This document shows positions 49,199-60,447 of a stretch of DNA of 64,000 bases, in pieces. Below the pieces are notes generated by a model. It did no database searches, was not told the DNA's origin, and saw only the letters and a list, made by a program, of their open reading frames with translations. Within the stretch, counting starts at the first letter, position 1. Every line of letters begins with the position of its first letter. A program made the translations under genes and the position numbers. Source of the DNA: Lepidodermella squamata (taxonomy: Eukaryota > Animalia > Gastrotricha); assembly GCA_047495785.1 (NCBI GenBank), contig JBLDXI010000007.1:3472001-3536000 (forward strand), in the 5' to 3' direction.

Positions 49199-50908
49199 AT
49201 GCAAGCTACACTGATAATCACACTTCTTTTTGCCAGTGGCGCTAGTAAGGAAATCCTGAAATCGTTTGATGGCTTTACATGAAATTGGTCTTCTATATTT
49301 CCAGACGCCTTGATTTCTCTTGGCGGCCTCGGTTGCACGCAGAATTCTGACTGCGATGGCGGTCCTCGAGCGCTGTGTCTCACTGAAAACAATGGGGAAG
49401 AAGTTCTGAGACGCTGCGCTTGTCCTACCACTGATTTGAATTTAATGGGCGAATGCAGTGAAAACAAGGCCTGTGAACCGGTAAGAGAACCAGCCTTATT
49501 AACAATCAACTGCAATATGCTTGATCTAAGGGTAAACCGGATCAGTGCAAGCCAGGCGAAGCTTGCATGGAACCGATGAACATTTGCTTGCCAGTGCCAA
49601 CCGACAGTTCCTTCGCCCCTGCGCCAGCACCATCCTGGGCTTTGAAAACAAACCCTCCGATTCCCGTTGACGACTCCGCTACCCCCTATGGTATAGGCGT
49701 TACAATCGATTTGAAGGATCTTCCGCCAGGAGTAACGTTCCCATCAACGGAGGCTTTGCCCATGCCAACTCCTGCTCCTGTTCCTTCTGTGGTGGCTCCG
49801 AGTGGTGATTTACTCGCATGATATACATTTCATCTCACCCTTTCATATACAATTTCAAGAGTCGTTGATAAAGGTCGGCGAGTTTGGTTGCACGAAACCC
49901 ACCGACTGTGAGGGTGGACCACGAGTCACATGCAATCTTGACAGAAGGTGAGCCAAGTTATCAAGTTTAGTCAAAATTTTCTACTCGACCTATCGATAGA
50001 GGCCGATGCGAGTGCCAGCCTGGCGACGTTCCATTCAACGGCAACTACTGCGTCATCAAGAGGCCGTGTGATCCTGTAAGTTACCAATTCAGGAATTCAT
50101 TATTAATAAATGCCTCTTGATCTTAGACTAACCCAGTTGTTTGCGATGCGAGAACCGAATACTGCTGCCCATTTGAACATCTATGCTTCCCGAAAGTGGT
50201 TCCAACAGCTGGAGCAGCTCCTGCATCTTTCGGAGCTTGCGGTCCAGCTTTGACCCCCTCAGCACCTTTTTATAAGGCTCCATCAGCCTCATCGGTAAGC
50301 TGGCTGTACTATTTCTCACCCGGAGCTTATTTTTATGACTTTGAAGGATGTTTGTACCACTAACTTTGACGTTTCTATTAATGAAATTGTCGAACGCCAC
50401 AACTGTTGGAGAGCGAAAGTTGATCCACCAGCCGATCCGATGTTGCCTCCTTTGCGGTGGGACGACGAACTGGCTGCAGGGGCGAGAAAGTAATAACTCG
50501 AAACAGACTAGTTAGTCCAACATTCATTTGTTTTTTTTTCAAAGATGGGCTTGTCAATGCTCGACCGATTATCACAACTCTGGCGATGACAGGGCGCTGC
50601 CTAGTCGCAACTCTGACGGCGTGTCCTGGGATCTCGTTGGTCAGAATGTTTGTCAGTCTAGCTACAACAGCCCTTGGAGCGATTGCATTGACGGCTGGGC
50701 GGCGGAGGCGAAGGATTTCCAATACGGCGTTGATCCAGGCGACAAAATGGTCGGCCATTACACGCAGATCGTCGCTCGCCGCTCAACTCATGTTGGGTGC
50801 GGCGCTGCGTATTGTCCTAATCTCAAAGCTTACAAGCTGGTTTGCAACTACGGCCCGGCTGGAAATGTGGTTGAGCCTTCAAATAATGGCCAAACCAGGC
50901 CTTATTAG
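49199..50908 (+). CDS. Secreted CAP/SCP (antigen 5/CRISP family) protein with two N-terminal Cys-rich modules and a Pro-rich linker
   Basis: Seven exons join in frame. Signal MQATLIITLLFASGA; repeated module GCTQNSDCDGGPRALC / GCTKPTDCEGGPRVTC; CAP motifs HNCWRAKV, LRWDDELA, GQN, GHYTQIV, VGCG, LVCNYGPAGN; TATAA at 49148. Confidence 0.88.
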
Positions 50909-51599
50909 AAGAAGAAAAGCGTTAATGAGAGCGCAGGTGAAAACTGTAAGATGATATTGAGAGCAGTGAAGGTAAATACTGTAAATTTAGAAGAGTGAAC
51001 AGACTGAAAAGCTTGCTGTAAACATGATGGATTGTCAAATAGCATATAGCTAAATGTCGAGTAGATACAAATAAATAAAGGCTGGCATATTCACCTAGTT
51101 CTGCTATTTGCTTGCATTGCATAAAAATTGACCACTTTTTCAACACTTTTTCTACCGTTTGGTCCCTTGGGCTCAGATGTTTACCATAGACAATCCGAAC
51201 TGAGCTCACAAAATCCCATGATGAGCTACTTCGTCACCATTACCGAGCTATCGCTGCTCAACGTTGAAAAAGGGAACAATTGAGAAAAGCTCCACTTCTG
51301 AACCTATTTTTAAAGGTCATTATGGCTGAAAAAGCATTAGCAGCGATTTTTAATTCTCCCCTCCGATTAGCAAAGCATCGTACAGCGGATCCCCGAATTT
51401 CGGTCACCTTATTTCCCTTCTGACGGGATTTCGCGATGTTTAAACATTTACGAGCGACTTGGACTCGCAGAGGGCATTTACACTCAAAACTACCTGAATT
51501 TTTCGTGGACGGGAAATCGGGGTTTCACTGTATATCATAAAATTGCTAAACAAGTCACATGAATGTTCACAGATGCCCCTGATGGAGCCGATCCTGGTC

Positions 51600-51890
51600 C
51601 TTTTTCGTTTTACGATGCTTATGATTTGCTGCTTTTACGCGGCAATTCTGGAGTAATAAAACCGACGTTGCCTGGTTGCCCGGGCTTCCTCGAAACAATT
51701 CGAACTCCAGTGAATTTTCTTCGCAATAATTGCAATCGTGGTTCTGTTTGCTATTAATTTCTATTCCTTCAGTGTTATTGCCTCCTAGCTCCGTTTCATG
51801 GTTGGTAATGGTTTATGTATTTTATACCTATTTGCTTTTTCAAGCCGCAGCTCTAACAAGATTGTTTTCTAGTTTGATACAAAAATAAAT
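51600..51890 (+). pseudogene. Decayed duplicate of the 3' end (M3-M4 and 3' UTR) of Cys-loop subunit 1
   Basis: TTTTACGATGCTT...CCTGGTTGCCCGGG...TTTTCTTCGCAATAATTGCAATC...TATTCCTTCAGTGTT matches 48293-48470 with indels; no upstream channel domain was found. Confidence 0.75.
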
Positions 51891-51926
51891 TCTGCAAAAA
51901 ATGAGTTCTGTCTAAAGGTAGAAACC

Positions 51927-53720
51927 ATGATACTTCAGGTAATTGCATATTCTGCCCTAGCTATAATTTCTCCAAGCTCAGCTCAACCACCCGCTGAGCC
52001 GTTGCTGAGCAGCCCGTCAACTCAGCCAAGCATTTCCACAGGTGGTCACGTGACAGATTTTCACGCTAACGATTCCATTGCATATACAGTGACATCCGCT
52101 TTGCCGATAGACGGATCGTCTCAAATGGGAGCAATAAGTACTGATGGCTCAAATACCCATCAAAAAATGAATCCAACAACAATAATCCCGGCTTCATCAA
52201 GGTTCCCTGATAATCCTATTTCAAAGCCTGAATCCATCCCTATATCAAATTCTGCTGATAATGTCTCACCGCCTTCAAATGGGCCTCAGTCGGGAGGTCT
52301 TAACAACAGCCCATCCGGAATTTCAGTGGGTCCCACAGTGAATACCGCAGGGGTAAGTGGCCCAGTCCCTAGTGGTGCACCACCCAGTTCAAACGGCGGG
52401 CCGCCCACGGCATCCAATTCAAGTCAAAACGGTCTGATGCAGCCTTCAGCTGGGAATGGAACAATGCCTGGGAATATGGGGCCTTCAGCTGGTGGTGGCT
52501 GCAAAGCAGGCGGTGTTGCGCCGACGGGGACGTTCCCAGGAGATTCAGCTGGATCCGGACAACCGATGCAGCGTGCCCCTGCGCCAGGCAATGGCTTCAC
52601 AAACATCTTCGGCTCATTATCAGGAAGCGCCGCTCTACCATTGGGGAATCCCTTTCCGAAGCTGCAAATATCCAGTCTAATGAATTGTACCTACATCGAA
52701 CCTGGTGTGCGGAATCCTTACAACAATCAAACCGCAATCCCGGTCCATTTTACATTCGCTATTATGGGCGAGAACTTTCACTTGGATAGCGTTGCCGAGG
52801 CACTTTCCTTCTCAGCAACTATCGGTCTAACTTGGACCATCGATACCTGCTCAGCTGAGATAACTGGAACTTGTGTTATGGATTACGAGAGGATCTACAT
52901 TCAAGACGAAAGCAGCATATGGCACCCTGAAATAATGATGGCGACAAGCCCGGAGGATTCGATGTTGAGGGACGATAAGATTGGTGGCGATATCGAACTT
53001 GCTTTCTACCCAACTTCTCCTAATAGGACTCTGACATTCTTCTGGACAAGAATTGGCAGTTTCACTTCAAAATGCGAGCTGTCACTCAAGACTTTCCCTT
53101 TCGACCAGCAAACTTGCTACTTCAAGTTCAAGTTCATAGAACCGGACGTATTTGTGAGATTCGGTGATACAGCGTTTCTCCCGCTTTCGTTATCTCCGAA
53201 CAGTCAATGGGAGGTTATGTCAACTAGCGCGGTGGTCTCGACCTATGCTTCGATGTCTGTGAGCGGAGCCAATGTTAGCATGGCGACATTTGCTCTGACT
53301 ATCAGGAGGATACCTTCCTACATGCTCGCCAACATTCTCGGACCATGCGTTCTGCTGGTTAGCCTCGAATTGGCGTCATTTCTCGCCGCTCCTGAGGATA
53401 GTGACAGATCCGTTTTCTCTATTACTATCTTGCTAGCTTTGATCTTGGCGCAATCCGATCTGCTGAAAGCTGTGCCCAAGTCGTCTCAGCGTGTATTAAT
53501 GGCAGATTATTTCCTGGCTCTCACTGCTTTCACGGCAATTTGCACGCTTTATGATTTAATCGCGGCATGGTTGTGTCAGATGATGCCGGAGAAGATGCAG
53601 TCCGTTACAAGGCTTCGAATAAGAATGATAAGACTGATCGATGCCGTTGCATTCGCAGTGGCGCTGTTTTCATTAACTGGCCTGAACATTTATGCTTTCA
53701 TCGTTGTGAGCTCTTTTTAG
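51927..53720 (+). CDS. Divergent Cys-loop channel subunit 2 with a ~200-aa Pro/Ser/Gly-rich N-terminal extension, intronless
   Basis: Signal peptide; low-complexity stalk; WHPEI; CELSLKTFPFDQQTC; NSQW; IRRIPSY; M2 DRSVFSITILLALILAQ; short M3-M4 loop. Confidence 0.92.
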   Translation: MILQVIAYSALAIISPSSAQPPAEPLLSSPSTQPSISTGGHVTDFHANDSIAYTVTSALPIDGSSQMGAISTDGSNTHQKMNPTTIIPASSRFPDNPISKPESIPISNSADNVSPPSNGPQSGGLNNSPSGISVGPTVNTAGVSGPVPSGAPPSSNGGPPTASNSSQNGLMQPSAGNGTMPGNMGPSAGGGCKAGGVAPTGTFPGDSAGSGQPMQRAPAPGNGFTNIFGSLSGSAALPLGNPFPKLQISSLMNCTYIEPGVRNPYNNQTAIPVHFTFAIMGENFHLDSVAEALSFSATIGLTWTIDTCSAEITGTCVMDYERIYIQDESSIWHPEIMMATSPEDSMLRDDKIGGDIELAFYPTSPNRTLTFFWTRIGSFTSKCELSLKTFPFDQQTCYFKFKFIEPDVFVRFGDTAFLPLSLSPNSQWEVMSTSAVVSTYASMSVSGANVSMATFALTIRRIPSYMLANILGPCVLLVSLELASFLAAPEDSDRSVFSITILLALILAQSDLLKAVPKSSQRVLMADYFLALTAFTAICTLYDLIAAWLCQMMPEKMQSVTRLRIRMIRLIDAVAFAVALFSLTGLNIYAFIVVSSF

Positions 53721-54036
53721 ATCCTATTCTTCATTATTCACCTGAACCGTGACCTGAAAGTTGAAATAAATCATCGTGATAACAGCTATAGCTATGTAAC
53801 GTGAAGACGCATTATAGTTTCTATGAAGAGGAACACATTTTGTACTTCTCGACCCCTCAATTATTTATCACTAGGCGAAACCCAGCTAAATCCGAAGTTT
53901 ACTCGCTATGCCATCTTTCAATGTCCGAATATGTACCTACACAGTCAACGCACTTCAGTTTATAAGATGAAAAACCTTATCAATGGCAAAAAAAATCGTA
54001 TAAGAAAGCGCACCACACGGCAAATGCATTGAGGAG

Positions 54037-57000
54037 TTATATGCGGATGATATCCCGAACGGTGCGGCATTTTCCGCTTGTTTCACCAGGGCACAGGACA
54101 CAGTAGAGACCGGGTTGGCACAAAGAGGCGTCAGCTGCCAGCGGGTTGAGACTGCAGTTTTCACCCTTGTTCTTAAAACCCTTCGAGGCCACAGAGCTGG
54201 GGACGCAGACGGTCTTATTGGCAGGGGCTTGTTGCCAAAGGGTTTTGACCTCATCGAACGCGACAGTTACGGGCGTGAAATCACTGGAACATGCGCATTT
54301 TCCACTGGTACAGACCGCACCAGGCCGGGTTGAATAGCCATACTTACCAACAATAGCACCGGTACCTTTGCATTGAGCATCCGAAGAGCAGCTTAAAAAC
54401 GAAAAATGATAAGTATGACAACAGTTGAACTGAAAGGCTTACTCTTCTCCGAAATTTCTTGGTCCACACATGGCATCGTCATAGCGCCACAGATGACCAG
54501 TTGCCGTACATTTGCATTCATTACCACCTGGACCACTAGCTCCATTCGGGCTGCAAGCTGTGTCCTCGGTGAAGCAGCCAAGAGCTGGCCGGCAAGGAAC
54601 TCCGTTGAATGCTTTATCGTTGTTCGATACGCAAAACTTGCTCACTGGGTCGAATTTTTGCAGCGGGTACGGGCAAGTGCAAGTTCCCCTGACTTTGTTA
54701 CACCTCATGTTGCCGTCACAGTCACAGTTATCTTTGCATGGCTCGTTTTCGCCAGAGGGAGTTGCGCCACCTGTTCCGCAGGTTAGGGTCGGGCATTCCC
54801 CGCAAGAAACTTCGCCAACAGTGCATTTCATCTTGACATTGACAAAATTATCCGGACGAGTGTAGGGCGAACAGCTAGCGCCGAGGTTCATCTTCGGTAT
54901 GGCGACACACCACTTTGCAGCATTCATATCGAATCCTTTCTTGCAAAGGCAAGTTCCGGAGCAAATCGGATCGTAGGGTGAGAAACAGGTCTCATTCTCG
55001 CCGCAGTCTGAGTCTGAGTTACAGTCTTCGCCAACCTTATGTCCTGAAGATGAGCTTCCCGATGAAATGCTAGATGAGCCGCCTGATGAGTCAACTGATG
55101 AGTCAACGGCTATAACGGGCACGAACACGGGTCGAGCTGGTGCCTGCGTTACTGATGTTGTAGTCGCTCTTGGGGCAGCAGTTCGGCGAGAATAGCCTCC
55201 GACTATGACGGTTCTGAACTGTTCGATAGGAATGGTTCGGAACAATGGTCGAGGCGTGGTATCAGGCTCTTCTTCGGGGGCGCTGGCGCCTACAACCGGA
55301 GCTCCGGCTCCGACGACAGGAGTTGGCGGGGGAGCTGTTACAGCAGCTTGAGAAGCGAAACATCGATCCAGCGTGTTACGATTTTCGAAGTTATTAGGCT
55401 TGGGAAGCGCAGTGACGTTGAAGAAAGCTAAAATAAAAACAAAGGTTGAAACGTTTCTAGGACCTATAGAAAGCCTTACAGCATTTCAGATTCAGCGAGT
55501 TGTTCGGGCAGTAAGCGCAGACACGAGTTTGAGACGGAGCATCAGCAATACCACATTTACCAGGAACGATCTCGATGGCGTTGTTTATCAACGTCGGCAT
55601 CTTGAAATTCGGGTCACATGTGCAAACTGTGCGATTATTTGTTCAAAGAGAGATTGATTAGAGGGCTGGGCACTACCTTTATCTTTGCAAACACGGCCAC
55701 TTGGTACAGTTTGAGTTCTGCTTCGGTCATCGCAATCGTTGTCGAATTCGCACGGATCGCCGAGTTTTCGCTCGATGCAAGCGTTTTGATTCGGGTCCCA
55801 GAATTTGTTTGAATTTGAACAGTCACAACGCTTATTAACCGGCATACACTCAAGGCCAGGGAAACAGTTGTTGTAGCCATCACGACACACAGTCCCAAAA
55901 CCGACGTAGTCATAATCTAAGATTGGGAAGCGAGTGATGAAATATCATATTCTAAGGTCGACTCACCGTTAAGAATGCACCGATCATCGGCAGTTCGGCG
56001 ATATCTGTCGTTCAGGCAGTCGACAACATCTCGGGAGCAGGTCATCAAAGGTGGGTACAACTCGTTTTTGGCATACCAACAGCGATCACGTAACTTGAGG
56101 CTAACATCTTTAAAGGCATAGTGTAAATATGGGAGGGAAAATGAGAGCTTGAATAGTTACTCGGAGCGCAAATTCGATTCACATCCTCTCCAAAGCAGGC
56201 CTTGCAAGCGCATTTTCCAGTGAGACAAGCTAAATTGACACAATGCAGATCTTACAATATAAATTCAGCATTCAGCAAACCTGGTTCAACTTGCGGACGG
56301 CTGCAAACCTCATTGAACCCGCACTGTGGATGGGCGGTGCAAGCTGGAAGGAGATGAATCAGTTTGGGCGGTTCAGTAGTGACTAAATAAGATTACCAGT
56401 TCCGATTTTAGCTACTTTAGCCACATCAGAGTTGATGCTAGCAACCGAGGTACAGTTGTTCAGCGGGGAGGGCTTAACACTGCGACATTTTCCAAAAGTG
56501 TCAGCCTGCCTCTCGCCTTCACAAGCGAAGCACGCCGTATTAGCATCGCAAACCAAGACACCAGATTGATCGCTCTGGCCAATAGGATCCACGTTACACT
56601 TATCACCCTGGGCCACATTAACAGTCGCTGAACTAACGACGCAGATCGTCTTAGTTTTGAACGTGAAATCAGTTGCGTTGATAAAGCCGGTTACAGTGGC
56701 AGTGTAACCCGAGACACAGGCGCATTTGCCATCAACGCACTTCCCGCCGGAGTTCGAGAAGCCATTGTCGCGGTCTTTGTTGTCTGGCAAGTCTTTTCTG
56801 TTACATTCAGCATCATTCGCACAACTTTCGCCGAAATCTCGCTTCCGACTAGTACAGGTCCTTGTCGCTAGATCCCATCTCTGGCCTCGTGGGCAAGTAC
56901 ACACTGAGACGCATCCGAGATTTGACCCACATTCGCAGTCAGCATCGCATTTCGAGAGGCGGGGCTTGTTCAGATTCAACGCCTGACACCGTCTACCCAC

Positions 57001-57360
57001 GATTCGGAAGCAGCTACGAGGGTTGCATTGCATGATGCCCTCTTCGCAGGTTGCGTTAGACGGGTAGATTTCCCATTTGCTATCAGCAACACAGGACGGA
57101 TTGCAGCCATCAGGAGCTCCACGGCCACATGGAGCCTTGAACTCAACAGGACGGCAGCCGTCCTCGTTCTCGTTAATCGCAAAGCAAGGCTTGCATTGAC
57201 ACATTTTCTGCTCAGGACGGTCGCATGGTTGGCCAACAGCCGCGCAAAATTGGTTCTCGCCATCACATTCAGAATCGCTGTTGCAAGCCTGGCCTAGCCT
57301 GGCTGCAGAAGACAGGTCAAAGAGGCCTAGCAAGAGAAAACACACCAGCAGGGCTTTCAT
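54037..57360 (-). CDS. Large secreted cysteine-rich repeat protein (EB-module-like) with a Pro/Thr-rich linker
   Basis: Signal MKALLVCFLLLGLFDLSSA; many G..C....C modules; two similar cassettes (LGQACNSDSEC...FGKCRSV and VGEDCNSDSDC...SGKCRTV); TAA at 54037. Confidence 0.78.
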
Positions 57361-57570
57361 TTTAATTTCGAAATAATGTTTTTTGGTATCTGGTGATGAG
57401 TATTTGTATATTATGGTGTGTTTTTTGTACACCTTTTATTGCCGTCGTGTTGCTGTGTGGCCACCATTGGTTTTATTGCACCGCCACGCTTGATTCGACG
57501 CTCGTATCGCGCCCAACTGACAACTTTTTTTCAACAGTGATATTACAGCTGGCCAAGTGACAACACTGCC

Positions 57571-59943
57571 TCATATTCTCAATCTACCTGCTGTTATTGC
57601 CAAATGGCCCGATGAATCACGTGATATACCATGTACACTTCTTGGTAGCATTAGTATGGCAGAACTCAATCCTGAGAAAAGAAGTGACGAAATTGACAGT
57701 GTTTGGGCCAAACCGACTGGGTCGTTTTGCAAAATCAAACAAATAAAAATTGTTGCTGCAAAAAGGCTAGCGAAATTCAACATGATCAGGCGCAATTTAA
57801 ACGGGTCAATCCAACGCACGATTGTCGATCTGTTTCGTGTTTCGTAAGCCAGCCAAGCACTTAACGCCAAGACTATTGCCGAGGCCATCAACGGCGGAAG
57901 TATCAAATATAGTTGTGGGACTTTCGACTCGAAATCGAAGACGTAATTCACGACAAATGTGTCACTCTCGAGGTCGTAAGGATTAGTGATTTTTACGGAG
58001 TTAGCTCGAATAACAGGATCGGCGAGTGACATCCAGATGCAAACATCAGCGTGGTTGTGATGAATATGGCAGGTATCCAACTATTGTATCGCTTGGTTGA
58101 GTTTTCCGGAACAGGAACAGGATACATTCTGCTCATTCGGGTTAAGCTTGAAGTGCTGCGGAGGGTTTTAGCGCTATTTTTGCAGCTTTCGCGCTCGAGC
58201 AACAGCCTGCTAAAAATTGTACCCTGCAATTTTGTAAAACTCAGACAAGTTGTACAAATGAAATTAAACACTTACTAGAGTTGAGGCTATGGCGAAAACC
58301 AAAACTATTCTTTGAAGATAAAATGAAGCTGTCCCGCTGCTTGAATCAACCTTGACAGAGAAAGCTACTGCGGCGGTATTGAAAGATAGGAAACTAGCTC
58401 CAAGCCATGCCAACTCCTCTTCAATTGAAGACATTTTTCCGAGTTTAGCAGATATTCCAATGACTTGGATCAGGGTTAAAAATAAGCTGATGCCCAAAAT
58501 TGACAAGAAAAACTCGTCGGGCATAGTTTTGAACACAACCTTCAATTGATAGCTATCTCTAGGAGGCTTGGCGTCCGCTCGAAGCCATTTAGCCGATTGA
58601 TAGTCCCGCCTCATCGTGTAACTTGTGTAGTTCAGGGCTGAAGCATTTATAGAGCCTCTTCGGAAAGAGTTCAAGACCTTGGAGTCGCTTCCGTCAAAAG
58701 ATTGAACAGCCACATAAACGTCATCGTCAGGCTCTATGCGTGTTGAGTATCTGAATCGTCCAATTCTCAGCCCAACATAATCAACTTCAGCTAACGACTC
58801 ATTAACGATTTTCCCTATCAGTTTCGGTGTTTGCTTGAAGTCAGCAAGAGACAGATTATGCGCTCGTAGCTTGTCTTCAGTTGAGTTCATAGCTACAAGG
58901 GCTGCCAGTGTCGCATCGTGGCAGAAAATTCTTTTATCGCTATCGAGAGGTCGCAATTTTGAGCCGTTGCTCATAGCCTCCCATCGTTTATCGAATCTCC
59001 GCTCAAATTCTGCTAGATCGTAGCCTGGGGTTGATTTCAAGCCAGGGTCATCAATGTTGGTCCCAATCCAGCCACTCCAGAATGAAATTTTGTACTGCTC
59101 GAGGAGATCTGCCTTTGAACACCCTGGTATCAGTTGGCTTTCACTCACGGCGGAGAATTCGACCAAGGACGTTAGTAGGGGTAGGAAAACATAACGTTCG
59201 CCAGTCAAGCCGAACTGATGGGCTCTGCAGAGAAACTTGTTAGTTGTAGCTAAAGAGACCGTCAAAGCAATGACACGAACATCAGCTTTCTTTAATGATA
59301 CAAAAACAGAATCCTCTATCTCATTCGTGACCTCTAAATTCGGTATAATGAACCCGTTATCAGAGGCCACGTTCAACAATGGAATAGCTGCTATGTAAGC
59401 ATTTGCTGCGTCGGTAACTACGGCAAACCTTTTCCAACCTCCTATTTCCTGGATGAAGCGTAACATTGCGAAAACCATCATTTCAGACCCGCTGCGAGCA
59501 CGGTACATGTTGGGATATAAAGCTCGGTTATTAGTCATTACAGGCTGGTTACATCCGATAGCGGATTGAGCGAAGTTTAGTTGGGCACTTATCAGTCCCA
59601 AAGGTCTGCAGCCAGCTGAATTCCATGGTCCAATGAATATTGGGGCTAGGCTAGGTATCTTCCCATTAGAAAACGACTGCTCAGTTTCGATGAGTTGGCG
59701 AGTTGAAAAGCTGCTTCCCGCGCCTTCGTCGCGATAAACGGGCGAAATCTTGTACTTGGGTAGGAAATCAGGTCTTGCATTTGCTGCTTCGATCGCAATA
59801 TCGACCGCTATCATGCATGCCTCAGCTTTTTTCAAGCCATCACCTGTTAGAACAACCAAAGTCAAGATTGATAAATCCTGTAACTGATCACAAGGTGACA
59901 GGGCTAGTGAAGATATAAAAAACATTATCCCTGAGAACTTCAT
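57571..59943 (-). pseudogene. Class C GPCR paralog E with a frameshift in TM4
   Basis: Closest to paralog D and has the same intron position (58224-58275). After AIFITTTLM the frame shifts near 58043 to CIWMSLADP; about 10 nt are missing relative to paralog D, giving a premature stop at 57993. Confidence 0.8.
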
Positions 59944-60447
59944 TTCCAAGCTATTACTTTTTTGGTCATTTATCCGTGGAGATTATATAATATACGATTC
60001 GCGACAGGAAGGAAAGCTGCAGCATGTGGATGTGGACTATGATGTAAAGCGGACAAGACTCGTTTCGTGTATGTCAAGGATCCTCTTACTATAGTCTGAT
60101 GTTCGCACCATTGCATATATTTTCCTCTTCCGTCAGTAGTTTCGAGTTAAATTTAGGTGGGTATTTGTGGCATATGACTCAAAAGAGCTATAAAGATTGA
60201 AACTGAGGAGAATACTCCCCGATTGCCAAGGTGATTTTCGCGACACCGGTTCTGCTCAAATTTCGACCAATTGTCGTGAAATCACACTATTCAGCAGATG
60301 TTTATTTCACGTCACAGGGCATCGGTATAATAAGATGATTTCCACTCAATCAAAGAAGTTAGTTCGGTCAGTAATTAAATTAATATAAAGGAGTTGACGC
60401 AAATATATTCAGATCTTAGCATGCGTTCCATGAGCTACTAGAATGTT

